The translations under genes were made by a program, and so were the position numbers. The notes below the pieces were generated by a model that saw only the letters and a program-made list of their open reading frames with translations, was not told where the DNA came from and did no database searches. Positions 1 through 12,734 of a DNA stretch of 64,000 nt are shown piece by piece; the stretch's first letter is position 1; each line of letters begins with the position of its first letter. The stretch lies in contig NW_024704757.1 in assembly GCF_018977255.1 (NCBI RefSeq), forward strand, positions 8,060,001-8,124,000, read 5' to 3'. The stretch is from Callorhinchus milii (taxonomy: Eukaryota).

Positions 1-1394
1 AGAGGGCACAGGATCAGGGTTGCAAAGTGAATTTCAGACAGACACACAGAGGGTAACTAACAACTGGAACAGGGTTACCAGAAGGAGGTGGGGAGGGGAG
101 GAGGTGTTGGTGGTGGTGGTGAAGCCACGACACTGTTTAAAAAAAAGCTTGACGTTGTAATGGGAGGTCAGCAGGTTGGATTTTCTGTGATAAATGATCT
201 GAAGGGTCTTCCTTATCTGAACCTCCCATGAGCTTGTGCTTTCCGAGCACTGGAACAAAATTCTAGTCTTGCTTGGGGACACCACAAACAGGAAGGGAGT
301 GGGAGGAGAAATTGTTGTGTCGTCTAAGAGAGACCAACAGAACGCAGACTTAACTCTGAACAAAGAAAAGCAGCTCGGCAGGTGTGTGTGGAAAGGAAAG
401 GCAGTAACGGATGACTCGCTTCAGATGACATTGATAAGTCACTCACGCTCCAATCGCACTGTTTACGATGTCACCTGAACCCATGGATATATTGCCGTGT
501 TGTAACACACTGCTCGGTATCCATTAACCTACATATAATCAGGCTCTTTTAAAAGCAAACATTACACTTCGACATGTGGAAACAAAACACAACCCGATTT
601 TAAACCGTAAAAAAAGCTTTCTGCATGGAATACAGATATCTATGTCATTCAAACCAACCTTTTTATGAAGTTGAGCAACAACAACAAATTTACATTTATG
701 TAGCGCCTTTCACATCGGGAGGATGATCCAAGGTGCTGCAAGTGAGTAAAATTAAAGCCTGACAACTTACAAAGGAACCATTTGTATTTTTATTTTCTGG
801 CGGGATCTGAACTGTGACTTTCTTCTCTAAAGTCAAACGGCAGTTTTATTAGTCGCCCTTGCCTGCCTTCCTGCTAAAACGTTAAAAGGAGCTGAAGAGT
901 AGGGAGAAGTAAGGGTTAACACACGCAAACGTTTAAAAGTGGGAGCTTAGGTTGACAAAGTTGACAAAGTAGCTAATTGAGAGCCGAGGTTTATAAACGA
1001 TGCCATTGAATACAAAAGCTAAGAAGAAATAGTAAACAACGGTAAAAGCCATCGGGTGGGCTGCAGTTGGAGTATTGTATCGAGTGTGGGGGCCGCACGA
1101 TAGAGAGGATGTCAAAGGCCTAAGAGAGGATATAGAGGAAGTTCAGTGAAGAACGACATCAGGTATGAGACACTACATAGGAGTGTGGAGAGATGACAGA
1201 AAGTGGGGGGTGTTAATAATAAAAGTAACAATAATCCTTGCATTTCATACAGTGCCTTTCCCATTGGGAGGAGAAAGCGTCACAAGGCGCTTCACAGCAT
1301 TTTTCTGTAGAGTGTCTATTTTGTAGGCGAATGTGACAAACCAATTTGTGCCCAGCAATGTCCCACAAGCAGCCATAATTCTCACTGGGGCAGA

Positions 1395-1770
1395 AAGTTG
1401 TGAGACACGATGGAGTTGTTCAAAATTATGAGGTTGTTTTTAATGTACGGGTAAATAGGGAGAAACTGTTTCCACTGGTCGGTGAAATAATACATAGAAG
1501 GGCATACATTTGTAATCATTACCAAGAAAGAACAAAGGGAGTGATGAACAAAATACCTGGAATAGGTACTCAACCAGAAACTGTGGTTAAAGCATAATCC
1601 AAATTGCTTTTGAAAAGGAGTGAGACAAATATTTGAAATCTAAAGGTATACGGGTAAAGGGATTGGAAGGGAACTAAATGAATAGCTCTTTCAAAGAACC
1701 AGAACAGGCACGATGGAGGGAGGAGGGAATGGCCTGCTCTCTGTGCTGTAAAAGTCTATGATTCTGTAAT
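1395..1770 (+). mobile_element. CR1 LINE 3' fragment (degenerate)
   Basis: The RVNREKLFPLVG motif matches the CR1 ORF2 C-terminus at 11440-11480; the fragment ends in a tctatgattct tail. Confidence 0.75.
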
Positions 1771-3239
1771 ATCGCCTTGTGGTTTGGTCGATTTTGAACT
1801 CACAGTGGAAAATGCTTCTATCAGAGCACATGCCCCAATAAATTCCTTAAATTCAACTTGGTGTCTCAGCTTGCCGAGAGAGCTGGGTGAAGGCGCAATG
1901 TACTTCTATGGAGTTTGTTTATATCTCCATTCGTGTACACATACGGTCAAACCACTTCAACATATCTGCCTTCAGCAAATGAAACAAAAATCCTTACTGG
2001 ACTCGATCTGACAGTAACCCAGCTCAGCTGTAGCAGAAAACATCAGCATAGACTGCTGTCTTGGCCATCGATCAATTGAGATAGAGACTAAACTGCTATG
2101 ACATTTTATCCGTCCCGTGTATTACCAGAGCACCTTGCAGATGCTTTTATTGCAAGAGGGATGGCTTATGACCTTTTTATGAAGTCCCCAAATGACCTCA
2201 CGGAATTTATAACAAGACCTCACGAATTAGTACCGCAAATTTTGGTTTGTATCTCTCACTGGAGAGTGGAAAACCGCAGCAAAGCCCGAAACCTACTTTC
2301 AAAGCAACTTTTTCACTTATTTATGCCCAGTAGCTGTGGTGTGAAGGCAGCACAAAACAAAGGATGGACAAGCCAGGGGAATGCTGAGCCAAGGTCAAGC
2401 CAGCAGTCTGCCTGTGGCTTGGTTCAAGCATATTTTTACATTGAGGGAATATTGACCAGAGGGCCAGCCAGCTGTCACAGTGCTGAGTGAGTCCACTAGA
2501 TGTCACAGTTGAAGCTTCTGAGTCCAGCCAGTGATGGGATTCCAAAGGGTGCTGGTGACATCTAATGGTGGAAAAGAGGTCCGCATTCATATTGGGTCAT
2601 GTTAACTGTGGGGCAATGGCGATATCTGCACAGAAATTGCCTAATGCCTCAAACATGTAAATGTTGGCAAAATAATATCTTCTGCTTTACCGACGTGAAG
2701 GCAAACATAGGTTCAGAACTTTATCGATGTCGTTTAATACAGCCATCCAACCCAGCCACCCCCTTCAACTCTGTGTCAGTCAGTCCTTGGAAAGGTCTTC
2801 TTCACGTCACATCCAATGCCAATGAACCACTTGGTTATACAGGATGGCTCAATGGGCTTCCAGTGTATATCGGAGACCAGGCAGACAAGCAAGGTCCCAG
2901 AGTTGATCCTTGGTCAGCGCTGATCTCAGTTGGGACATTGAACTGACTGACTCTGGGTTATGGAGGGGGTCGTAGACATCACCCAGGGTTGCTGCACCTG
3001 ATCATTATCCAACTGATCTTCTTCTCCCCTCAGTACATTCTGGAAGTGTTGTCTGTGTGTAGATGTTGAGAATAGGATCAGGCATGGTTATTGCCTTCGG
3101 AATATTTGATTACTTGCTGCTAACACTTAATGTTCAGGATCATTCATGACTAATGATCACTTGGGCCAAATGCCAGAGAGCAACTCGCGCCCACGGAACA
3201 GTACACCTTGTACAGAGAAACAAGGAGTTGGTGAGATCA

Positions 3240-3380
3240 AGAGGGAAGGAGGGGAGAGGGGGAGGGGAGAGGATGGAGGAGGGGAAAGGAGGGGAGAGGA
3301 GAGGGGGAGGAGGGGGGAGAGGAGAGAAGGGGAAAGGGGGAGGGGGAGGGGAGATAGCTGGTAAGGGAAAGGGAAGGAAG
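3240..3380 (+). repeat. Polypurine (GA/GGA) low-complexity tract
   Basis: Almost purely G/A sequence. Confidence 0.9.
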
Positions 3381-3504
3381 TTGTCCAAGGTTGAAGATAA
3401 TCAGAACTTGCGAGGCAAGTGCTCTAACAAATACCCTATCGGAATGCTGCATTTTTCGTTCCTATTGGTTAAATGCAGTGACACTTACACAGTCCCAAAG
3501 ATCA

Positions 3505-3680
3505 GAGGACATAATTCTGACCTGGGTTTAGTCTGTGAGACCATTAAAATCCAACATGGCTGAGTATTGTGGAAAAGCTGCTTCGAAATCAAGAATGAGT
3601 TTAAGAATTCTGCATATTTCTGAGTCAAATCTTAAGACAAAATAGCCTTGCAAGCTAAGACGAGGTGGAATTTTGGATCT
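3505..3680. mobile_element. MITE-like palindromic element, same family as 48430-48658
   Basis: The right end gcaagctaagacgaggtggaattttgg matches the family terminal inverted repeat (TIR); the left end tttagtctgtgagacc matches the other arm. Confidence 0.6.
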
Positions 3681-4514
3681 CTGGTCTGGCCATTGGAGTT
3701 AAAGCACAACCTCTCAGACCCTGTTTTCTGGCAGCAGTGTTGACCCACACATTTGCATTGTATGGTTTTGGGTGTGCCTGCAGTTCAGCAAAGTTTAATT
3801 ATGCACGTCCTTGTCAGCGGCTAACAATTTAGGACCTCTTGGAGAGTAAAATCGCATGATGTGGCAGTCCCATTTCTCAGCCTTTCTTTCTATTTGAAAG
3901 TTCCTTCCAAACTGAATGTTCTGGTGAGACAGACGCGGGTAGATTTCCTGTAATTGCGGGCTGGGAAAATCTGACCTACCATGCGATAATTATCACCGGT
4001 GATGCCATCACATCGCCAACCGTTGTAGCCCAAACCAATCGAGAATTATTGAAAGTCCCAAGTTGCGAACCCCCCCCACACACACCTCTTGACTGTGGTC
4101 TCAATGGTCTGCATTTGTGTTGCTATGATGATTGGGTGTCGTGGCTCAGGATGCTATCCTAAAACTATCTGGATCGGCTGGAATCACTATATTAGATCAT
4201 AACGGCTCTTTATATTTTTATTCCAATTTTCATCTGCAGAATATACACTACACTTCACAGTACATCTTGGGAAGCACTTTGAGAGTTCTTCCTGATGTGA
4301 AAGGCACTGTATTAAATGTAGGGATTATTATTATAACACTTGTATGCATAATTAGTGGCTATTTTAACCTGCTGTTGATAAGAATCCAGTCTCACTTTGG
4401 TTCCTGTTTTATCTTGTATTTTGAAAATGAAAAATAAACAGAAAAGTCATTTGTTGTTCTCTAGCGATTGCTACCTGTATCTCCTACCAAAAAATAATAA
4501 TATTTGTATTCAAT

Positions 4515-4840
4515 AATAATAATCCTTGCATTTGAGATATTTGCGCTTTATCACTTTGAGATATCTCAAAGCGCTTCACAGAATATACTGTAATGTGGAT
4601 TGACTGTATATTTTGTGGGCGAAAGGCAGCAGCCAATTGCCATATCAATGTCCCACAAAACAGTCACGGATTGAGTGATCACATTATTATTTTTATAAGG
4701 GATTATTACCCCCAGAAAGTGATCCGCCAATCGACTAACAATCAAGTTCCTACTTACTGCTAGGTAAACAGAGGTGTGTGGAGTAAGGGAATTTGCCTGT
4801 GGTTTCGCCCTTTCCGGGAATTAAACCCAGGTCCTCTCAA
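4515..4840 (-). mobile_element. tRNA-derived CORE/Deu SINE, long subfamily
   Basis: Reverse complement of the SINE at 36663: aataataatccttgcatttg tail, aagcgcttcacag and gtcccacaaa Deu block. Confidence 0.9.
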
Positions 4841-5183
4841 ATTAGCTGTCGCAGTCACCTGCATAATGCACAGTGACTGCACTTAGCAGAAACTTTTGAA
4901 GCACTTTGAGACGTTTTCAACATTCTCGTCAAATACAAGCATTATTATTATTATTCTCTGCTGTTTCTATTCTGAATTTGTATTTTCCTAAGGTTGATGA
5001 ACAAAGTCTTTCGTTTCAAACCATTTTTCTTTTTGTTTGCAAGCCCAAACGAAAGGGAATTTTCTTCCCCGTGGAATTTAGTTTCAAAATATAATTTATT
5101 TGAAGAGGAACGCGGCAACTTGTCAGCCCTTTTGTTTTGATTGTCTGATTGCTCTGATTTTCTGAATCGTTCTCATTTTCTAG

Positions 5184-5371
5184 AGGAAGCTGTACCTGCG
5201 GTGTGTAAAACGAGGACTGTAATTTATGAAATCCCTCGCAGTCAGATCGATCCCACCTCTGCCAACTTCCTGATTTGGCCGCCTTGTGTGGAGGTGAAGC
5301 GATGTACTGGGTGCTGCAATACTGGCAGCATCAAATGCCACCCTTCCCGGATACATCACCGCAGTGTCAAG
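5184..5371 (+). CDS. pdgfa: PDGF-A exon 4 (N-terminal part of the cystine-knot growth factor domain)
   Basis: Translates as (E)[62 protein letters not shown], nearly identical to mature PDGF-A. Acceptor ttttctag ends at 5183; donor AAG|gtcagc starts at 5372. Length 188 nt, phase 1 to phase 0. Confidence 0.98.
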
Positions 5372-6389
5372 GTCAGCACTTGTTTATGTATGTGTGTGCT
5401 TACATGCATGTACATGCACCTGTGTGTTTGTGTGTGTGTGTGATGTGTGCACTTAAAAGGAACATAGGAACAGGAGTAGGCCATTCAGCCCCTAACACCT
5501 GTTCGACTATTCTATTGAATCATGGCTCATCTGTACCTCAACTCAATTTTTCCGCCTTTGCTCCATATCCCTTGACACCCTTACCTAACAAAACTCTTTA
5601 TCGACCTCAGTTGCCTGAGAGTGTGTATGTGTTTGTGTATTTGTGCAAGTGTAAAAATTAACTTTCTGCCTATTAATAGTTAATAGATTTGAATTGTTCT
5701 TTTAAGATTCAATGACAAGGGTGGTAAAAAGTAAAAGAGTTGGTTTGTTGCTCATTGCATCCTAATTGTATTGCTGTGGTGTAGGAAAACCCTTTACAGT
5801 GTTTTCTGATATTGGACACATCAAACCAGGAGAATGCCAACAACATCTCAGAAATGGAATAGTTTTACAAGATTTATTGTGGTTCCAGTTGAAATGAAGG
5901 GATGTTGTGGAGCTGTGTGCGGAATGCTGAAACTCAGCTGGAGAGAGCATTGGGGGGGGAAGGGGGAAAGGCAGGGTGAGAAGGGCAATTGGAGAGGAGC
6001 GATACAGTTGGCACGCCCTGGCATTTGGTCACTGGGCGTTGGCAGCAGTCTGGGAAGGCTCTGTACAAAAATTGCCAGGTCTGCAGAGGCATCCGGCCAG
6101 GAGAAGAAAAAAAGTTACACAAAGGAAGAACAAACCTTATCCGCTCCCAAAAGAAACATTAAAATAAAAAGTCAGTGATTATGCAATGATAACTCACACA
6201 AGGTTTGGCACTGGATGATCGCTCTATGTTATTTGTTGTATGGATTTCCCAAGGGTAAAGATCAGAGACAGAACACAAGACTGACTGTGGACGTTTCAGC
6301 CTGATCTCTCTGTTGGAGTGTAAACTCCAGGGTGGAATCCTTTACAATTCGTAATGTTCTATCTCTAGACCAGATCTCATATCTCATAT

Positions 6390-6604
6390 CACGCCTAATA
6401 ATAATCCCTCCAAAATCAGAAATAATAAATTGGTCATTTTCAATCTACGACTGTTTGTGGGACATTGCTGTGCGCAATTGGCTGCCGCGTTCGCCCACAA
6501 ATATACAGTCAATTCACTTTACAGTGTGTTCTGTGAAGCGCTTTGGGACGTCCTCCCAACGTGAAAAGCGCTATATCAAATGCAAGGATTATTATTATTA
6601 TTAT
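6390..6604 (+). mobile_element. 5'-truncated young SINE
   Basis: Nearly identical to the 3' part of 36663-36988; (TTA)n tail. Confidence 0.92.
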
Positions 6605-7939
6605 ATGGTGTAATCCAATTGCATTCACATTTGAGGAGAAGCAGCTTTGGGTCAGAAGGCTTAAAGGACAGGAGCGTGAAAATGTGAGGGTGTAATGTCA
6701 GGACACGGTGATGTCAGGATGTTACGTATTGCATGCAATTCTGTTATAAACACACGTGGGTTGTTCCTGGAATGTATTTACCCTTTTCTCAGCATTGCGA
6801 CCATTTCTTTGTTTTCCAGCGTGTAACAAAATCCTCTGTTCTTAGAAATGATTAAAAAAAATTATCTGTGAGCCAAGGCTTTTATGTTCTTAAGGAAGAC
6901 CAGCATGGAATGGACAATACTGAATGTCAGACAGCCAAAGCATTTGTGTCTGTGCTGGCAGCATGGTTTTGTCAAGCTGTGAATTAATGCTGGTTTATTT
7001 AAGGATGCTTTTTATTTTATTGCTGAATTGTTTTTTTAACCGTACAGTTATTGAACAAAACAGAGGTGTGTGTTGGTGGGGTGGGTGGGAGGGGTTTGAA
7101 TTGATCTGCCATCGAGAGCAATTGATTGGGGACATTTAAAAAAGAATTGGACAGGAAGGTGGAGGGGAAGAGTATTAGAGGACACAGGGAAGAGAGCGGG
7201 GAATTGGGATTAGGGTGGATGGCTTCTTAGAGGAGCAAAGTCTGACACGGAAAAATGGGCCGAATGACCTAGTACCGTTTCCAGCGCCCCGGGTCATCTT
7301 TCCGATGTGAAGGGCATTATACAAGTGTAATTTGTTGTTATGTCATCCATTTTGATGGCCTAAACTGGCGGAACAGGCTCAGTGGGTTGAATGGCCTCCT
7401 CCTGTTCCTATATACCTCTGCCCCACGCATATCCTTGTAGCAAAACTATACAAAGACTACTCCCTCCTCCCTCAAGTTATCCAATTCCCAGCCTGTAAAC
7501 CCTCAGCCAGAGACTTGTCTCTGATCATTAATTATAGTCTTTGTTGCAGAAGCAGGTGTTTCGGAGAGCACATCTCAAGAATTTTATTGTGTTTTGTTAT
7601 GCTTTGACTTGTAAAATGAACTGTCTGAAGTTGTATGTAAATCTTCCTGCTTGAAATGACTTTGCCCAGAGGGAGTACGAATTTTTCAATGTTTACAATT
7701 TCAGGCTGAAAGGAGCCAATTGGGTAACAAGGTGGGGAGGTTATTGCAGTGATGGTCACCTGAGACGCAGACTTTACCCTCAGCCCTGTCATTTAATATA
7801 TTTTTATTGCTGAACGGAGACAATGGGTGGTTGAATGTTGAGATCAGTTGTACACTGTCTCTCTGTCGCCTGCTTGTAAGGTCTCTAGGATGCATAAGTT
7901 CAGATGCAGAGGTGTCTTGCTTTGGTAACAGTTGTTCTG

Positions 7940-8180
7940 CCCCCACCCTTGGAACTTCATCTCACAGTCCCGCCGCCTCGTCCCTCCCTTGCTTCCTTCA
8001 AGGCCCGTTCGAAGACCTTCCTCTTCGACTGCGCCTTCAGTCACCCTCTTGCCCCATCCTCCCTGTTCTCCACCTCTCCTGATCCCAGCCCTCAGCTCAG
8101 GTGCAAATCTTTGACTGTCCAGCGCCTTGGCACGTCCTCCCAATGTGAAAGGCGCTGTATAAATGTAATTTGTTGTTGTT
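7940..8180 (+). mobile_element. L2 LINE 3' end
   Basis: Homologous to 25960-26197; ends gtgaaaggcgctgtataaatgtaatttgttgttgtt. Confidence 0.8.
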
Positions 8181-8999
8181 GGGGCAGGGATAAGATTTGC
8201 AAAATCCGTTGGTATCATCGTGCGGGGAAAGCTTTCATAGCATGGTCAGCTGAGTCCAATGCCTTCGAAGCCGAAGTATTAAGAGTGGCACAAAAAATAG
8301 CCGACTTCCAGCTGGTTGGGTTGATGTTGACATCAGGTCCTGCGCGCGATTCACAGGAAAGACGCTAACGTCACTTCCAGTAGGCTGCATCTCCTTCCCA
8401 AAGTGACACCAACAGTGAACCGATGAACTGGAAGTTGTACATTTAGCGCAGGAAGCCAGGCATACAATGTCCAGAGTTCCAACAGGGTTCCCTTGTACAA
8501 GTGGAGAAATATTGGATGGGGCTCTAGATTTACTCCATTTTCTATGCATTTCAGAGTGTTCAGAAATGGTCAAAGTGCCGAATTCACTTATTTGTCTTTT
8601 TTAAAAAAAGAATTTTCCCCAAAAATACGGCTTCAATATCGCATTTAAGAGTTTGTTCACATTCTGGACAATCTGAAATGCTAATAGAGTAAATAGAGCC
8701 TTGACCCAGGTGGAATTTCCACCTCATAATAATGTCTCCAAAGCTGCTTGTGTGCTGGCAGTCAGTGACAGGGTCAAATCTGTGACACAGTTTTGGCGGC
8801 TGAAGGCTGTAACCCTGATACGTGATACACAAAGCAAACCAATGAGGCTGAACATTTATGTATCTTCAAACATTTAGCGTGACACGGTGCAGATCCTGAA
8901 ATTAGTGTTGTGAGTGAAACACAGGATCAAGATTCTGACATTGTTTCGAACGGTTAAAAAGTTGGGAACAATCAGGCCCTAGCTTTTGCTGTTTTCTTT

Positions 9000-9335
9000 T
9001 GGTCGGGGTGTCTGATGCATCTGGAAACTTATCACCATGCTTACGAGATCCGAACCAGACTGAGAGTTCCACACACGCCACATACTCATAGAAATTCCTG
9101 CGTATGGAATGGAATTTGCACCCTCCCCAGAGGGATGCACCCTGTTTACTTAAATCCGCAGAGTATTAGGCGCAGGTTGGCAAGAGCCGAGGCATGGGAA
9201 CCTCTGGGTGCACTTTTGGGTTATTGCTGAAGTTTAACCAGCTAAAACCATATAGCTCGTCTTTGAGAGTGCTCACGATCTGACAAGCTTCCCATTGCTT
9301 GTCCAGCTAGGGCTATGGCATTCAGGGTTAACTGA
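9000..9335 (+). repeat. Unclassified dispersed repeat (family X)
   Basis: Shares blocks gatgcaccctgtttac, ggttggcaagagcc and aagcttcccattgcttgtccagctag with 44980-45470. Confidence 0.8.
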
Positions 9336-10699
9336 ATCCCTGTCCCCAGTGATGCACTTATTATACACATCAGAAATGTAGAAATCTCACACACATTGGA
9401 AAGCCATTTGACCCATTGTGTTAGTGTGGGCGTCTGCTTCTTGACTGAAACATCTATTCTTAAACCAATTTACTGTTCTTCCCACGGACCCATCTTCCAC
9501 AGGCGCTTATGCAATTCCTGTTTCTATGCCAGCAAATCATTGCGCATTTTGATAACCTTCTGGGAGCAAACTTCATCCTAACTGCATGTGGAAATCAAAT
9601 CCTCGGGATACAATACAGTACTCCAAGGGAGGTGGGGGGGAGAGAGAGCGAGAGAGGAAAGGCAGGAGGAAGGGAGGGTGAGAGCCGGTTGGAATCACCC
9701 AGAAACAGCACACAGAGTGAGCCAGAGACTAGCCTCTGTCTTCAGTGGACTGACTCTGACCTTTTACCAACCAGCTCCCAAGAATCTTAAGAAAGGAAGG
9801 AATTCACAAAGAGCAGCATTAATGCCATCGCTAAAGCCAAAATACCTCCCGGTTAAACCTCAGAAAATTGTGCAGACCATTACAGCTTACAAACTGCTCA
9901 GTGCTCAAGGTGATTCCACAAGCGAGTGGATGAGTCATGGAGGGGAGTGGGAAGTGCTCTGTACCAGGTTATTTTTTTGCAATGAAAAGATTACTGGATC
10001 CCACGGATTTACATAACTCCACCCTCCTGACCAACCGCTGATGGCTTCAGCTTCCAGGGCTTGAAATTCCACCCTGTCTTAGCCTCCAAGACCATCCTTT
10101 TTTNCTTACTACCTTCAAATTTAACATCTTGTAGAATAGTGAAAATTTTCTGAACTTCAGTGTTAGTGACGGAAGCTGCTTTCTTTTTAGAATCATAGAA
10201 TTGTACAACACGGAAGGAAGTCATTTGGTCCATCGTGTCTTTAAAAAGAGCTACTCAAATCAATCACACACCCCCGCTCTTTCCCCACAGCCCTGCAAAC
10301 TGCTTTTCAAGAAAGGCACTTTACAAATTGAGGCGGAGTTTAAGGAAATACCACACCTGAAACTTTAAAACAAACATGGGATAAGACCATGTGGAATTTT
10401 GGAGCCTCAGTATTTCTTTCCTTGAATGTTTTTTTTCGTTCTTCAGTAAATTTTTATGTGGCAATTTTCCCACTAAATCTTTTGTAGATCTTGGCAACTT
10501 TAATCCACGATTTTTTGTGGGGCACTACTGTGCGCAATTGGCTGCTGCGTTTCGCCCACAAAATACACAGTCAATTCACTTTACAGTGTGAAGCGCTTTG
10601 AGAAATCTCGAAGATGTGATAAGAGTCTATATCAAATGTAAGGCTTATAATTATTATAATAATAACTTGTAAGCAAAATAGAAGCCCACAATATTAAAG

Positions 10700-11700
10700 G
10701 GACAGTGGCAGCATGGATACAGAACTGGCTGGGAGACCAAATGGTTGTTTTTCTGACTGGAGGGAAGTGTGCAGTGGTGTCCCCCAGGAGTCAGTATTGG
10801 GACCACTGCTGTTTTTGATCTATATAAATGACCTGGACTTGGGTTTAAGGAGTACAATTTCCAAGTTTGCAGATGATACTAAGCTAGGAAACGTAGTAAA
10901 CAGTGAGGAGGATAGTAGCAGACTGCAAGAGGACATAGACAGACTGCTAAAATGGGCAGACACGTGGCAGATGAAGTTTAATGTGGATAAATGCGAAGTG
11001 ATCCATTTTGGGAGGAAGAATGAGGAGAAGCAAAATAAGCCGATGGTAGAATCTTAAAGGGGGTGAAGGAACAGAGAGTCCTGGGGGGTTCATATAAATC
11101 TTTGAAGGTGGCAGGACAGGTAGATAAAGCTGTTTAAAAAAAGCATACGGGATACTAGACTTTATAAATAGGGACATAGAATACAAAAGTCAGGAAGTTA
11201 TGATGAACCTTTATAAAACACTGGTTAGGCTTCAGCGAGAGACTGTGTTCAGTTCTGAGCACCACACTTTAGGAAGGATGTCAAGGCATTGAAGAGGATG
11301 CAAAGGAGATTTACCAGGATGGTACCAGGAATGAGGGACTTCAGCTATCAGGAGAGGTGAGAGAAGCCAGGATTATTCTCCTTGGAGCAGAGAAGATTAA
11401 GAGGAGACTTATAGAAGTTTTCAAAATTTTGAGGGGATTCAATAGGGTGAACAAGGAGAAACTATTTCCACTGGCGGGTGGGTTGGTAACCCGAGGACAC
11501 CGATTTCAAATAGTTGTTAAAAGAAACAGAGGGGAAATGAGGAGAAATTTTTTCACACAGCGAGTTGTTCAGATCTGAAAGGGTGGTGGAAGCCGATTCG
11601 ATAACAATTTTTAAGAGAGAAGTAAATACTTATTTGGGGAGGACAAGTTTGCAGGGCTATGAGGTGAGAGCGGGGGAGTGGGATTGATTTGGATCAGTGA
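10700..11700 (+). mobile_element. CR1 LINE, 5'-truncated, RT C-terminal region with stops and frameshifts
   Basis: Contains SGVPQESVLGPLLFLIYINDLD...KFADDTKLG...WADTWQMKFNVDKCEVIHFG, followed by TRGHRFQI and RRNFFTQRVV, which are typical CR1 ORF2 motifs. Confidence 0.95.
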
Positions 11701-12734
11701 TGGGCAATGTATGATTGCTGTGCTGGCTGTCTTGCCTGGTGGCTTATGTTTCACCAGAAGCTATTTGGTTTTTGTAGTGTCCAGCTTTGCACTCCGAGAA
11801 GAGATTCAGTGTCACTTCCAGAGGCTGGAGTTGGTGGACGACAAGAATAATCACAACAATCAAATCCATTAAAAAATGTCGCAAAATTCCATCACCCACC
11901 TCTCCCCCCACCACCCCCCCAACACCACTCCACTCACACATACATTCCCAGCTCAGAGATACTGAGGGGAGCCCTTGCGTAAGCAAGTTTCCTCTTACTT
12001 GTGTCCATTACACAAATGGAAATGCCACCAGTTGTCAAGTCATCGGTTCCTTAAACGTTGACGAAGGTGTGATACGTAGCCTTTCACGTTGGAACGACAA
12101 CCTTTCGACATGAAAGGTGCTATCTAAAAGTAATTTTTTGCTGTTGATGAAGGATCAAGATGATCTCTCGAGGGATCAGTTCTGATCGAAGGCCGGGTGG
12201 GATTGCATTCTGTCTGGCTCTATACTGATTGGACAGATGTCTGGGTGGTCTATCTGTCTAGTCTCCTCTTTGAATTGGCAAGTCTCCTGCCTGATTTACC
12301 GCCATCATTTTGCACGCCAAATCAAATCCATTATAAACAAGACACAAGCACTTTGAAGCTGGGCGATTGGAGAAGCGCTTTGAAAGTTGGTTCCGTTTGT
12401 GCAAACCCTTTGTTTTATTAAAGTGGTGCATTCCTCGCTATTTGTTTTTTTTATTAATAAATTCCCTGTCATGTAACGTGCCCTTAAACCTTTGAGATTA
12501 TCCACGCTGTCAGACCGCGGTGCTGGGCGACTGTGTCAAACCCGTAACAAATGTGATTAGGAGACGTGTAACTTTGCCTCTTTACTTGCATGAAGTATAT
12601 TTTCAGACGGCTCAGTTGTTAAAGTTACTCCCGGTGCGTGTTACTGAGCCGTACTGAGCAGGTTCAGTCCCTGGTCTGTGCTGATCCTAGACAGACTAGT
12701 CGGTGGGGACTGATGTCATTCATTCCCACTCATC

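Noticed and set aside
2840-3100. Possible ancient SINE (similar head at 12605-12690)
   Set aside because: Too degenerate to assign a family or boundaries by eye.
1-5183. pdgfa exon 3 (RRKR furin site)
   Set aside because: No matching exon found by eye; this region appears to be intron 3, with exon 3 upstream of the window.
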